A stretch of 63,989 bases of DNA, filler included, from Choristocarpus tenellus KU-1152 (GCA_964200185.2; 13 parts of 13 records of this genome joined end to end with filler, not necessarily neighbours in it), one strand, 5' to 3'. Positions 28,229 to 41,423 are shown, counted from the first letter of the whole stretch. Notes: generated by a model not told the origin, from the sequence alone. Translations and numbers: made by a program.

Positions 28229-30693
28229 ATGCCGTCTTCCGTTAGGTCCAATGCTGTCCTCTGCGTCAAAGGCGAGATACACAACGTCCTCTCGGTTCTG
28301 AGGCTCAACTCGAGGTGGGCCAGCAGGGAGAGATTCACTCGAGAGATACCCCTGCAGGCGGAGAGCCCGCTGGCTAGGGCATTCAAGGGATTGCACAGCT
28401 ATTTAGAGGAGGTCGATGATCTTGCCAATGTGGACACAGTGAGGTACAATCGGGGGGATGGAGGAGGTCCTTGTTTACTTGACGCTTACAATGGGGTATC
28501 CTATCATCTTTGAGTGGACTGTTATTTTGTTCAAGATCTTTTAGTTCCAAGAGCAGCTTATCCATTGGTAGTACCCTGCTATGGAGGGTAAGTATTGTTC
28601 GGCAGTGACTCCCTTTACGTGAGGTTGCTGGTTCCTGTCCCAGTCTAATCACTTGATTCATTTCCAGGTACTTGCTTCCTTTTCTGGCTGTCGTGGAATC
28701 TCCGGCCACGACGGGTCCGATGACGGGTGCTGCGCTCAGCTCATTGCACAAGTTCCTTCTATACGGCTTCATCCGCAGAGATTGTCCAAGAGCTAAGGAG
28801 GGGATCACACTTGTGGCACAGGTTTGGTCGTGGGTGATCTTCATATTACGCAGAGGATTCGACGGTTAAAAACATTTTGGTGTTGATTGTGTACGTTGGT
28901 GTTGGTAAACATTGCTAGTCTAAAATATCCTGTGATCAACTCCTGCCAATCACTTCGTTATGGAGCGGTCGCGTGGCACGTCACCCGAACTACTGTGTAC
29001 TGTGTTGAGGGGTGCATTCTTCACGCTGAAAATTTCTTTCCTCAGGTAGTTTCAGATGCTGCCGCTTAGCCCATGCTGTTGAACCGAAACCTCTGATGGT
29101 TTTCCAAGCGACATTTCTCGAGCACTTCATTGCATGTTTACAGCATCTCTCAGTCGTGACATAAGAAGGAAAGGGGGACATCAGGGATATTTTCAAAATT
29201 TGCTGTGGTACCTTAACTTGATGATTGCATATCAATACAAAAGGTGTGGATGGGCAAAAGAGACTCAGCTGATACACTGACCACCACCATGTATCCTCTT
29301 CTTCCGACAGGCCATCTCAAAGTGCCAGTTTGAGGAGACAGACCCAGACAGTGATGAAGTTGTACTCATGAAGGTAGAGTGTGTATCACAAGGTTTCAAG
29401 AAAAACATATATAATTACTTTAGATCTACCTTGAATGTCCCTATTTTGATATTTGGTTCATTGAGAGTCCAATGAACTAATATTCTCAGGGATGACGCAC
29501 TTGTTAGAGGTTAGCCTAATTTGAAAATGTTAAGTGCTGTAAGGTGTTTGTTGTTTGGTAAACAGAGTAACTGAAGTTTCTCACCATTACTGTTTTGAGC
29601 ATTGGGGATATCTGCGGTTGTGAATTTCAGATTAACATGAGGTTAGCTTTTGAAGGAAGTCCTTACAACTACAAATCCACACAGCATCTGCCTCCCTCCA
29701 ACAACAGCAACTCCTACGTGCATACTCTATTTCTTACACTCCTCCCAGCTGCTTGAGCTCTCAGCACTGTGCTTGCGATGTGAGGTAGGGTCCCTCATGC
29801 CAGGAGAGAGCTCCTTCAAGATCTTTCAGCGCTGCTATGACATTAACACGCAGGACCGAGCCTCTGGTCTCTTGAGAGAAACAGCAGGTAACACGCTGGC
29901 CCATGTGGTCCTCATGCTCTTTAGTATGTCTCGTACATCAAGTCTATCATCCACGAGAAGCAGAGCTCGGGTGGATGGCCAGTGGCGAGGGGGTAGTGGT
30001 GGGATAAGGAGCAAAGGCAGAAGCAGGAAAGCTGGAAGTACAGTAGACAGGGGCAAGGAGACAGGTTTTTCTATTTCGGTTGATGAGCATGGACTTGGAG
30101 GAGGAAACAACCAACAGGAAGAAGAAAGACTTTCAGGGCAGAAGGGAGAGGCTGGGGAAGGTGAGGTAGGACTTTCTCAGACTAGCGCCGATCGAAACTT
30201 GGTGGTAGTGGAGGATGGGATTCATTCCAGGCATCAAGGGGTACAAAGTGAGAGGGATGAGGTCGATTTCTTTGATGGGCGCAGGATGGAAAGTGCTGTG
30301 GAAGAAGAGGGAGAGATGGAAGACGAAGAGGAGGAGGAAGATGAGGAAGGTGTAGAGCCTTGGCCCTCCATGGACAGCGTGGAGGATTTGGTGGAGTATG
30401 GGGAGAGAATAGGTGGCAGGAGTGGGGGAGATTTCGGGCACAGGGTGGCAGGTATGGATAGGCAAAGGTACTTGAACCGACGAGGTAAGGGCAAGAGGTT
30501 TTACCTTGGCTATGGTGAGGATGATGTTGAAGGTATTGGTGTGAGAGGAGACCTTAGTAGTCTAGGGGAGGAAGGGGCACTTGGTGTGAGTGAGGGGGGT
30601 GACAGTGGCAGTGGTGTTGGTGTCATCAGAGACAGGGGGGTCCCCATAGCACCAGTGGCTGCAGGGGGAGAAGGAGACATGGACATGGGTGAG
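28229..30693 (+). CDS. GBF1: GBF1/GNOM-type large ARF-GEF, N-terminal DCB region (4 exons, truncated)
   Basis: Exons 28229-28443 (VKGEIHNVLSVLRLNSRW), 28668-28821 (YLLPFLAVVESPATTGPMTGAALSSLHKFLLYG), 29311-29373 (AISKCQFEETDPDSDEVVLMK) and 29749 to the contig end (LLELSALCL...SGLLRETAGNTLAHVVLMLF). Colinear with the GBF1 N-terminus. Confidence 0.92.
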
Positions 30694-31944
30694 NNNNNNN
30701 NNNNNNNNNNNNNNNNNNNNNNNNNNNNNNNNNNNNNTTAATTAATTAANNNNNNNNNNNNNNNNNNNNNNNNNNNNNNNNNNNNNNNNNNNNATACCAA
30801 GGGCCAATAACAATATCGGTATCAGCCACACCTCACAATCTACCAGTTGGTCATGTATACCCAATACACCCCCGTGGTTATGTCTTCCATGGCATATCAA
30901 ACCCTTTTCGGTCCTTCTGTGCACACTGGCCTGTCAGTTCTTTTGTGGTTATCCTGGATCTCTAGCCTTCATGGTCAGAACTGCACGAGATACTATTGTC
31001 GGATTAGGCCTGGTTTCAAATCGATGTATCTATCCCTTTGTACCACCCACGCATCCTGCTCAGTCTTCAACTATCAATTTTCATTCTGGATCGCCCCAGG
31101 TACCATCCCACAGGATGTCCAAATCTATCTCTTTCATCCCACGTGTCCAGTACCCTCAGTAAGCAGGCGGTTTTACCGCCCTCCACTATATATATACCCC
31201 ACCAAGTCGATATCCCCCCAATACATCGGACGTTTCCCATCATATCGATTTTGGCTGCTTAGAATGCATCTCCCCCTTTACTGCCAGACACTCCCCTTCA
31301 ATCCCGTGAGAATGATTGCTCAGAAGTTGCCTTGGTCCTGGTCTCCTCTGTCTTTCTACCCCTACTTTCCACTTTGACGATATATTCTATCCACTTGCTC
31401 CCAGTCGTATTCCCTCCATCCCCACATTCCCTACAAACTTCTCGAATACCCAATCTGGCTTGAGGTCATTCACTGATGGACCCTTTCGTGCACACCCCCT
31501 ACCTTTTCGTTTTCCCTTGCCACTGTGCCATTCGGTTTATCCCACTACCCCTGAGATCTCTCACCCATACCAACTCAGATTACTTCATAAATATCCCTTG
31601 TGTGATACATTTACAGTGTGTAAGTTGTAGTAGTGGTGTGACTCTACTACTAGTGTTGACTACTGACTGGTTGTGCGAACACGTTGACATACGTGGCCTG
31701 TAGTGTTTTTGTATGATGATGCTATTATTATTATTATTGTATTGATCACTTGTTGACTGATGGAGAAATTTTGGTTAAAGTATCAACGAAGATTCTTCCG
31801 GTTGATATCGAATAGGTGATATCTCATACAAATGTCTTCCTTCCATGCGCTATCGGCGAGTTGCCTTCGCCTCATGTGCATCAAATTACGATATGAATAT
31901 TTCCATACATCACATGCCAACACTGAGAAGAACCCAACTTAGAC

Positions 31945-34272
31945 TTGCAGAAAGTCCTCATAAAGTTGAATTCGGGCGGGTGACTCGCACCTGTTTGACT
32001 CGAGCTCCAGTGCTGCAGAACACATGACCTCACATGTGCCCGCTCCAGGCAAAACCAAGCCATGTTTCAATGCGCATGACATTCGCTTGACTATGCGCCA
32101 GAACCTAAAGCAGGAAGCAAGTGAATTCGACATTTATGGGTGGTATGGCCAGGACCGACACTTTGGATTTGACTCATAGCTAAGATGAGAAGGTGGTACA
32201 GATCAAGATTTTTTCCCCCCAATGAAAGGGTGGCCTAGAATATTTCAAAGCTGTGCCCACTAGAGAGTAACTGTTTTGCAATAGGGCAAAGTCAGATCCA
32301 TTTTCCACTGGAATCGTAACTCTAAGGACCTATCCTCCATTTAGCGCCCCCTGTCTCTCACCGGTGCCTGAGTTCTTCGCATACACTATGAACAGTTCCG
32401 CAGAACACGACCACAACTGGCCTTGCCCTATTGCAGTCCCTGAGGTTGGGTACATCTTCTACTCCAGGTGTCTTGGAAGCAGGCCATCTTGTAGACCGCA
32501 CAGGCTCACTACAAGAGTCAGTATTAATTGGTGTTGCTGTTGGTGATGATCGTGTCTCATGCCAAGAAGTTGGCAGTTCTGTCGCTCCAAGGGAACATAT
32601 CACTACCCACAAGTCTGGAGTTTCCAGGCCTGGTCCAGACCTTAACTCTGGCGCTGAGACGAAGACTCTCTTGTCCTCAGCAGTCCAGCCGGCCTCAACT
32701 AGGAAGGCACACAAACCTCCAATAGCCCCCTCTGGCACTTTTACCTGATGCACAGTGTCAACTGGACTTATGTCAAGCCTATTAGTCCTGACATTGCCTA
32801 CCTCACAGGTAGACCCTGATCCTGCTTTCCGTTGACTGTTCTCTCGACTAGCCTTTCTACTCATGTCTTGCTTGTCTACCTCTTCTCGTAATTCCGCGTT
32901 TTTACTACCCTGAACCTCCTCCAGAGCTCCCATGGCACACGATATCAACTCTCCTCTCCCAAGGGTATCTCCGTGAGAGTTGATGCGTGCATAGGAGCAT
33001 TCCCGCCAACCTCTGTTAATGCCAGTGCCTGTGTGCATGTTCCGTAGGTCATCCAAGCAGGGGACAGGGGTAGCTCCTGTAGCCCCTGCAACCGCTTCAG
33101 TCTCCACTAGCGATGCTTGGGAGAGGACTAGGATACCTTCAATCCGGCAGGCCTGATGTGTCAGGGCGTTTTAGGATGTTCATGTAGAATCGAGGAAAAC
33201 TTTTTGGTGAGAGGTCGAGAATGGGTTGGAACACATGATCGAAAAGGGTGTAGCAGTAGAAAGGTAAGGTGTTACTATTCTGGTAGGACAATGATGAGGC
33301 AAGTTTAATGTTCAAGAAACCCAGAAGGGGGGACTCCAGATCCAAAGCATTCCAGAGGGTAGGAGTTTACCCCTGTTTGTCTGTTTGGGTTTGACTTCCC
33401 GCGGGTTTTTGATGCCCTGTTTTCTGTTTCCTGTGAATACAGTTTCCTATTCCGAAGCATTTCAGAGTAGGTAAAATGTATGTGGCTATGAAAGGTGTGT
33501 CCGGAGCAAGGATATCGACACTTTCTAACAAACACGATAGCCAAAATTGCATCAAAATCGCAACATTGGATATATGACCCCGAACGGATGGACCCTACCC
33601 TCTGAAATGCTTTGTATCTCCACGCAGTATCTTTATGAATTGGACAGGAAAACAAGTGATATGAATGAACCACACAAATTAGTCTAGGAGGGAATGGTGT
33701 GAGGTCTATACCACCAAGCATGCTGAAACAAGATGTTCTAAAATACATTTGTGACTTACTTCTTGAGAGAGTAAGTGTCAAGAATGGATACTCTACCTGC
33801 CTGCATGAGGGAAGGAGATATTCTTCCAGTCAAGAAGAGGGCTTCAACACCAAGGTCTTGCAGCAGATGCATTGCTTTCTCCGCCCACACATCCTCTGGT
33901 CCTTGGATGCTTGACCTGCATAGGTTGAATATGAGAAGGAAACATTTCACCACGTTTGAAACCCACACGTTTCCATAACTTGTTCAGCGAGATCACCTGG
34001 GATCTACTGCAGTTCTGGCGCTCCTGCATATGGTTAGTGTTTAAAACGCAAACCAATATATAAATATGTATATATTCTGTCCACCAATTGCTCCGATTAG
34101 TAAGGATAAAACTCACTTGTGTAACAGCTCTTCTCCGCTATGGAACACTTGCATGATCTGTGTTTGTGACATTGCTGCAGCAGATGCTCCTGCTCCGACA
34201 ACACAGTCTCCATGCACTATAGCAACGGCCCTGATTGAGACTGCTGCCTTCACCAGCTTGGAGGGAATTGGC
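31945..34272 (-). CDS. BBS12: BBS12-like chaperonin-fold BBSome assembly protein (4 internal exons)
   Basis: Exons 34272-34117 (AVAIVHGD), 33915-33801 (EDVWAEKAMHLLQDLGVEALFLTGRISPSLMQ), 33152-32362 (ACRIEGILVL...EAVAGATGA...VVVVFCG...EELRHR) and 32104 to about 31945 (FWRIVKRMSCALKHGLVLPGAGTCEVMC). Matches the BBS12 pattern W..HVL...V.LVLV.G and RFW....L..ALK...V..G.G..E..C as I recall it. The end of the last exon is uncertain. Confidence 0.72.
33339..33618 (+). mobile_element. MITE family A, copy 3 (longest variant, in a BBS12-like intron)
   Basis: GATCCAAAGCATTCCAGAGGGTA ... TACCCTCTGAAATGCTTTGTATC, flanked by TCCA on both sides. Confidence 0.9.
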
Positions 34273-34384
34273 CTATGAGGTTTGGATTATGAGAGGATGG
34301 GTTGGGTGGGTTTTGAGGTTACTAGAGTAATGCTGAACTTGTCCATAACATCTTACATAGAGTGCATGTGTGTGTGTGTGTACT

Positions 34385-34578
34385 GGCTCAAAGTATCCAG
34401 GGCTGGTGGTGGTGGCTGTTCATTCGGGGCCCATTTTTCCATGTCGTGATTTTTGGGTGATTTGGCTGCATGTGTCGGATGGATCATGTAACTTGACTTC
34501 TCTTGGTTAGGACCTGAATGGACACCCTGGTGTAGAACCCCCCCCTCCCACCCCCCCCCCCCCCCCCCCACCCCCCAC
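34385..34578 (-). mobile_element. MITE family B, near-complete copy (about 190 bp)
   Basis: Starts GGCTCAAAGTATCCAGGG and ends GGACACCCTGGTGTAGAA followed by poly-C at the contig break. The latter is the reverse complement of the 8021 end. Confidence 0.7.
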
Positions 34579-35632
34579 NNNNNNNNNNNNNNNNNNNNNN
34601 NNNNNNNNNNNNNNNNNNNNNNTTAATTAATTAANNNNNNNNNNNNNNNNNNNNNNNNNNNNNNNNNNNNNNNNNNNNAAAGCGAAATTTTTGGGAGTGG
34701 TTGGGAGGCGGGGAAGTTTTGCGGAACACGGATCGGGGGGGGGGGGGGAGTGGTACGACAATGTCTTGTACGCATTTCGCAGGGGATGGGTTGGACCAGG
34801 CAAATATTTTATCTGTACAGGTTTTTGCGCTTGGGAGGCGGTGCCAGTATGCAATATACGAGCACTAATCAACGATGTAGTGGCAGACCTTTATATCTAG
34901 TTTGATTGAAAAGGGGTTAGGGTTAGGGGCAGCCTTGGAACAGGTGTGGATCGAACTTGGGGGATATAAAAAAAAGGATAGGGGCATGGCATGCGCTATG
35001 TGCCACCCAGCACACGACTGGGGTTTCCTCAATGTGCCCATTTGGAAAGGGGGGTGGTACTATTTGTACAATCATAGAACAGCAATAAAATTAAGAGGTG
35101 TACATGATTTATTCATAGCTGGTAACCTAAGATTTGTATGCAACTAGGTGTTTCTTGTTGTATCACAAGGTAAGATTTGCTTATGAGGGGATGAGCTCAG
35201 GGACGGATCAGTAGTAGACAGTTGTGTCCTCTCGACGAATCGGGACGAATCGAGACGAATCATGTATGCATGTTGATTAGTGCAGTGAGCGTTATCTGCA
35301 ATTAATCATGTGTGCACGTTAACCAACATGGTTGCATCGACAGATCGGAATTTGTACATCATTGTTGTCCAACATTAACATTAACATTACTCGTATGGGA
35401 TTTATGTTGCAAGATCCCCGTGTAGAAATGATAATTGCGCATCTTCACCACTCCTTCATCATCGACATGACAAATGTTTAGGCATCTATTTTGCACACTG
35501 ATTTGTCAAGGGCACAAGAGTTATATCATGATTTGGCTGACATGTGAAGAGTAGGGCAGCAAAGAAGTCTCTGTGCTGTCCATGCCCAAGGAGATGTGAT
35601 TGAAAGGGCTCACTATGAAGCGTTCTATTGTA

Positions 35633-35671
<39 letters not shown>

Positions 35672-35910
35672 GTACTCCTTTCAGTATGGGTGTAACTCTG
35701 TATTGGATTCATTTGAGGAGGAAACTGCATTTATTTGTGCAATATCGACGGACTATCGCTGATGAGTGTTGCTCGTCAGAGCCCGAACAGCGCAAGCCTA
35801 AGTCTGTACTTGTGCTCTCCCTCCCTCCAAGGTTTTCATACTTGCTGGAACTATGGCAAATGCCCCTGCCCCATTTTTTTGTTGTTGATCGAATTGCACT
35901 CTCCTGATAG

Positions 35911-36033
35911 GTGGACTCCGCACTCCTCACTGTTGCCCTCGATGACCACGAAACTCCAGACCTACTGTCTGAGGGTCGGGCGTTTCTTACTGGGGTTGGG
36001 GGCTGCAATAGGTGGTTCGACAAGCACCAGTTG
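35911..36033 (+). CDS. Choline/carnitine O-acyltransferase, single internal exon
   Basis: tag|VDSALLTVALDDHETPDLLSEGRAFLTGVGGCNRWFDKHQL|gtgagt. DSAL...LDD and NRWFDK are family motifs. Confidence 0.85.
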
Positions 36034-36294
36034 GTGAGTAAGGGTCCCGCCAAGCACTTCAGTGGGCTCGGAGTCATGTTTCATTGCAAAGGACTTGAGG
36101 GAGGGAAGGTGTACATGCTATTTCATCGGGTAATATCATGCAGTTAGTGTGTTGAGATGACTCAAGGGGGGGGGGGGGGGGGGCGGAACCTTTTTTTTTT
36201 TTTTTGTGGGGGGGGGGTGGGTGTGGGGGGGGTTTTTTTGTGTGTTTTNNNNNNNNNNGGTCGTGGTGTGGGGTGGGGGTGGGGGTGGTGGGGT

Positions 36295-36333
<39 letters not shown>

Positions 36334-37929
36334 AAGCTTTTTTTTTTTTTTCGGAGGTGTGCGCTTGTGAGTGGCAGGTATGTCAGGCGTCTTGTTGATG
36401 GGAAATCGCCTCCTGGTGACACATGTCTGGAACCGGACGGGACGCAATAAACGTTAAACCCTTTTGTTGTTGTAAGGGATAACTTTTGATTGATATTACT
36501 TCATCGTCATCGACGACCTTCCCATCGATGCGGGTCTTGCTGTATGTATCGTAGTATTATCCTCTAGTTTTTTCAAACACAACACTTTTTTGTTATTTTT
36601 TTTTGTCTTGTCCTTTTTGACATCGATTGATGTGCTGCTATTCACTTATGCAGCCTAGTACTCCGCAGGGATGGAAATGTTGCGGAGGACTTGTCTGCCT
36701 CTTTCTGAGCGCACCAAACTGAAGAGTTGTCTTGACTGCTTGCTGCCCGTACACTAATCCCTTGCGTAGACCCGTCTAGGGGCGTATATGGCATCAATTT
36801 GTCGTGCCTTGTGCTATCTTCGTAGGTTGTTTTGAGGACATTCTGTAGGAGAGCATCGATGCCTGTTGAGGTGTATTGCCAATGGAATTAAGCACATGGC
36901 CATGCGGGGGTTGGGTATATGTATTTGTGTGTGTGTGTGTGTGTGTGTTATGGCTCTTCTTGTTGTATGTGGTTAACGAATGGACTATTGCTGCTGATGT
37001 TACGTGTGTATAGTCTGCTGGTACAGATTCTTTTCTTTTTTTTTCCCTCTTTGTGGCCTGCTGTTGACTCCTGTGTGAGTTTATCATCCTTCCTGCTGAG
37101 TTGTGGTTTATTCGCCTTGAAGAGGTACTCTCTCTCCCCCTGCCGAAGTGTTTGCCCTGACTCGGGACTGTTTACTCTGGCTTTGGTAGGAAAGATCTAT
37201 TTGCACGTTTCGTATTAGCCCTGCATCAACATTATCTGACCCTTTCAACCACCGTTGAAGTGCTATCACCCTTGCAGTATCTCGCCCTACCTTGCACCAC
37301 CCGCACCCTAACCCCATACTGACCGCGCTCCTCATGCTGTGTGGCATTGTTTTATTGCGATGCCACTGCCCTGCCCTGCCCACCCTCATACACAACACGT
37401 TACGACTGCTGCTGTAACTGGTTGCCAGTCCCTTTTGAGCCCCATGTCAATCCGTCAACCTCCAATGTGTCACTAGATAGTTCCACTTTCCTCTTTGAAC
37501 AGTGCGTGGGAAAAAGGTCGTTAATCCCTAACCCTACGTCTTTTACTGCGATCCCGTCCTCTCAACTGACAGGCCTGTCAATAATCTCGAAATGGACGCG
37601 GTTGCCCCCCCCCCCCCCACCCCCCCCCCCCCCCCCACCGCCCCCACCCCCCCCCCCCCCNNNNNNNNNNNNNNNNNNNNNNNNNNNNNNNNNNNNNNNN
37701 NNNNTTAATTAATTAANNNNNNNNNNNNNNNNNNNNNNNNNNNNNNNNNNNNNNNNNNNNCCACGGTATAACGGTATAGGGCATACGGCAATAACGGTAT
37801 AATAACAGACAAACATGCTTTCCACACTAACACTCTATTGATGTTTTGGACATTAGATACAAGGTATATATTTTAGGGATTTTTCTGACGTGTGGATAGT
37901 TTTCATTGGTTTTTCCACTGACGCGTCTG

Positions 37930-38720
37930 GGTAACGAGAGAGCAACGTATATTTTAACAGATGTCACTGCGGAGACATGTGTTTGTTCTGATGAGCCCTG
38001 TCCATACAGAATACAATGGTATCTCCGTGCCCATCTGCGCCTGAAGTGCTCAATAAGTGGCATCGGCGATCACTTGTCAATCATCAAGAATGTCCTCCAT
38101 GCATGGTAAAACGACACAACCAAGTACGGATATGTACAGTCCGTTATGGTCACATCATGTCTTGAAGAGGACATGTATATCAGTAGTATACATAACTGTG
38201 TTGTAGAGTGAGTTCTGTATCCAAAACCGAGCTCATCTGGGGAAGTGCGCATAGATTTACCTTGTGCTTAGCGCGGGTTTCCGGGTTGAGGGTAGGCCCC
38301 TGCTTGTTGGCCCCAAATATGACATCGCGTAACGTTGTGCAGGTCGTGCATTCGTGAACGAACCCCTTACGATATTTCACCTCCAAGCAACATACACGTC
38401 AAGCCTTCTCGCAGTAGGTTCGCCAGATAGGGGTCGCGTCCATTGCTTCTCTCCCAATCGGTGTGTAGGAGTTGTAGATATCATCTCGAGGCATGAATGC
38501 GGCGATAGGACAGGTCATTCCACATGCAACAGGTGAAAATTGTGGGATTGACGTGGTGTGCCTGTTCGGGAAAAGACTTTGGATGGTGTACCACTATACC
38601 CTTCTATGCGATACTAAATCGAGAACGGCTGATGATGTGCTTGGCTGTGTGAAGTACCTTCTTGCGCACACCGAAGAGGTGTTTCTAGATACGATTGGAC
38701 ATCTGCCCTGTAACATAGAC
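37930..38720 (-). pseudogene. Decayed DNA-transposase-like ORF (DUF7869/Sola-like)
   Basis: Across stops and frameshifts: FMPRDDIYNSY...RTYCEKA*RVCCLEVKYRKGFVHECTTCTTLRD...RAKHKVNL, then GDTIVFCMDRAHQNKHMSP. This resembles the W..VK.(R/P)K...C..C and I..D(G)MDQ.K...P blocks of that family. Recognised from memory only. Confidence 0.4.
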
Positions 38721-40425
38721 AAGCCAATGTGGAGAAATATGACAATGTACTCTCAAGGATTCTCGTGTCCATGGAATAAACAGGAACATTGGGTCATTGA
38801 GTCCTTGAGACGTCTCGTTCTTGCACACTGAATCGCATCATTGAGGCAAACAAAGAGCATGAGAGACGTGAAACTTTCGCATGCCAACAATAGGGAAGTC
38901 GTTTGTTGCGATGTCGAGAGAGTACGGAAGCTGTCACTGCAAAAGCAGATCATGCTACCTGAGCTAGACAACAGGATAGCATGCTTAACCTTTTTGTGCA
39001 ACTGGAACACTTTGTACCATTTGTCTCATTGCACGAGGTGATCAACTCGTTAGATAATTTGAAATTGGCGATAAACTTTTAACTTCTGGCAAACAAGTTT
39101 AGCTGTCATGTGTTTATCGTCAGGGGTGGCGAGCTTAATGTTAGGGCTGTTATCGCTGGGACGCTATCCTCCAGTATCCTGCTCAAAACAAATTATAAGT
39201 TCATCCTTTTGCCCAGGTAATGACTAGAATATTGGCTGATCTTGCCGAAACCCAGCGCCCAACATAATGTTAGAATGGACAAACTTGTCACAGTACTTCG
39301 AAGTGGAACATTTTCTGCCCGTTTCGCCAAGATCTATTCTAACCTTGCCCAACACTGCTGAGAGTTTGGGTGTGACGTTGCCACCTTGCTTGGTAGCTTC
39401 AGACATTGGAGGATTAGACTCTCTCTGTTGTCCTGGTGGAGGGGCAGGATATAGGACCTTCACACACTGTGGATATAGATGCCCGACTACCATATTAGAC
39501 CTAACGAAGACTGGGGTATGTGCGTTTGGTGATTGTATCCAAGATGAATTTAGAAGGGGTGAATTATGGTGAATGTAAGAAAACATTGATCAAGGAGTTT
39601 CTGAAATATTTCCAAGTTCTGAAGTTCCTTCTTTGACATCTACATTCTGTAGAACACATTTTCATTTGATGGACTATGAATTTAATAAGAACTGGAACAA
39701 GGCTTTTCATCTCTGACCAGTTATCTTGTTGGAAAGGTGATTATTGGATCAATTTATGTATCATCGGGTTTGCTTCTTTCTAGGGAACAGATATCTTTGT
39801 TGGCTGTTGGGGCATCTAGATGACTTTACAAAATATACGATGCCACAATCGATAATCTGCCAAGCGTTTGTTTGAACTGGACATGAACTACAAAAACATC
39901 CACTTCCAGCCCGAATCCCCTTCCTCGTTTGAGCATAAGACTCCTTTTTACCTGCCTGCTGCTACAACAAAAGTGAGAAAACAATGTCTAACAGTGCAAT
40001 GTCATTGACCTAGCTTACCCAAACGTGTCTGGTCCCCAATCGAAGACAGTATCCACTCTATTAGATATTTCTCGGTTGTTTTAGCAGTGCAGTACCTGCT
40101 TCCTCACTCAGCATCCTGTCTTGGTCACAGCTTGGAACTATTCAAACAAATTTCTTCGTAGATCACAAGTTGGTTTAGGAGTTGCTGCGTCGTTTTTTGT
40201 AACTCAAAATAGTCTCTTTTCCACAACTGCCATTCACTGTGTCACTATGTCACCAAAAGAATGTACTAGAATCTTACCCAGGAAGACAAGCCATGACCTT
40301 ACCCAATGACAAAATATCATAAGTTTGTCTTCCTGAATAAGAATGCAGTTAATGTTTTGTGAGACATGGGACACACGAAGTGGGACCTGAGGAACACAGA
40401 CTGTATATAAAAGCCATAGGGTATG

Positions 40426-40680
40426 GAGTCAAAGCATTTAAGAGGGTAGGGTAGCGTCCGTTCAGGGTTATAAATCCAATGTTGCGATTTTGATCAATTT
40501 TGGCTATCGTGTTTGTTAGCAGGTGTAAATATCCTTGCTCTGGGCACGCCTTTTACAGTATACATTTTAGGTAACTGTGTTCCACAGAAAACCGAAAAAG
40601 GGCATATAACACTCGTGGGAAGTCAAGCCCCGAAGAAACAAACAGGGGCAAAACTCCTACTCTCTTAAAAGCTTTGAGTC
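40426..40680 (-). mobile_element. MITE family A, copy 4
   Basis: GAGTCAAAGCATTTAAGAGGGTA ... TACTCTCTTAAAAGCTTTGAGTC. The interior is colinear with copy 2. Confidence 0.88.
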
Positions 40681-41146
40681 AGAACGCATTTTCCCTACAT
40701 CCTTCTCTCTCCCAAATTATGGATGCTTTTCCTCCATGACAGGAGGTACAACATCTCTGTTACCAACCACACCCAGGAAAAATGGGAGCTGGAGGTTCAA
40801 TGGCGTGGAGCCAAATTTGAGGATGTCCCATCTTTCACACCACCTGCAGGCACTGATGAAAACCCAGGAATCCATTGTGGCCACCGACTTTCTTCTAGAG
40901 AAGACACAGGTGCAATTTCAACACCACCCTTATCCACTCTTCCAGAGCGAGCAATCAACAAAGACCATAAGTTCCTACATTGCCAGTCAATTTTCGCCTG
41001 CATTCTTCCTTTTTTTGTTAAAAATAACATGGCTGTGGAGGCGGCCCTTCTGCGCCACAGGGGGGTGAAGGCGCTTTCCACCAAGGTCACGGACGATGAA
41101 GATATGGAGGAATGTCTGAGTGACTGCTTTGCCTGAGCTTGGATAA

Positions 41147-41232
41147 GACCCAAAGTATCTTAGAGGGTAGAGCCGCGTCTATTTGGGGGTCAAAATCCAA
41201 TGATGCGATTTCAATGTAATCTTGGCTACCGT
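41147..41232 (-). mobile_element. MITE family A, copy 5 (truncated by the contig end)
   Basis: taa|GACCCAAAGTATCTTAGAGGGTAG...AATCCAATGATGCGATTT. Confidence 0.85.
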
Positions 41233-41372
41233 NNNNNNNNNNNNNNNNNNNNNNNNNNNNNNNNNNNNNNNNNNNNTTAATTAATTAANNNNNNNNNNNN
41301 NNNNNNNNNNNNNNNNNNNNNNNNNNNNNNNNCCCCCCCCCCCCCCCCCCCCCAACAAAAAAAAAAAGGGGG

Positions 41373-41423
<51 letters not shown>

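Noticed and set aside
36136-36450. Poly-Pro/poly-Gly ORFs (also about 37605-37660, 41333-41420, 54460-54605, 55870-55930, 58875-58965)
   Set aside because: They are translations of G/C homopolymers with low-quality flanks next to gaps, so run lengths and adjacent bases are unreliable.
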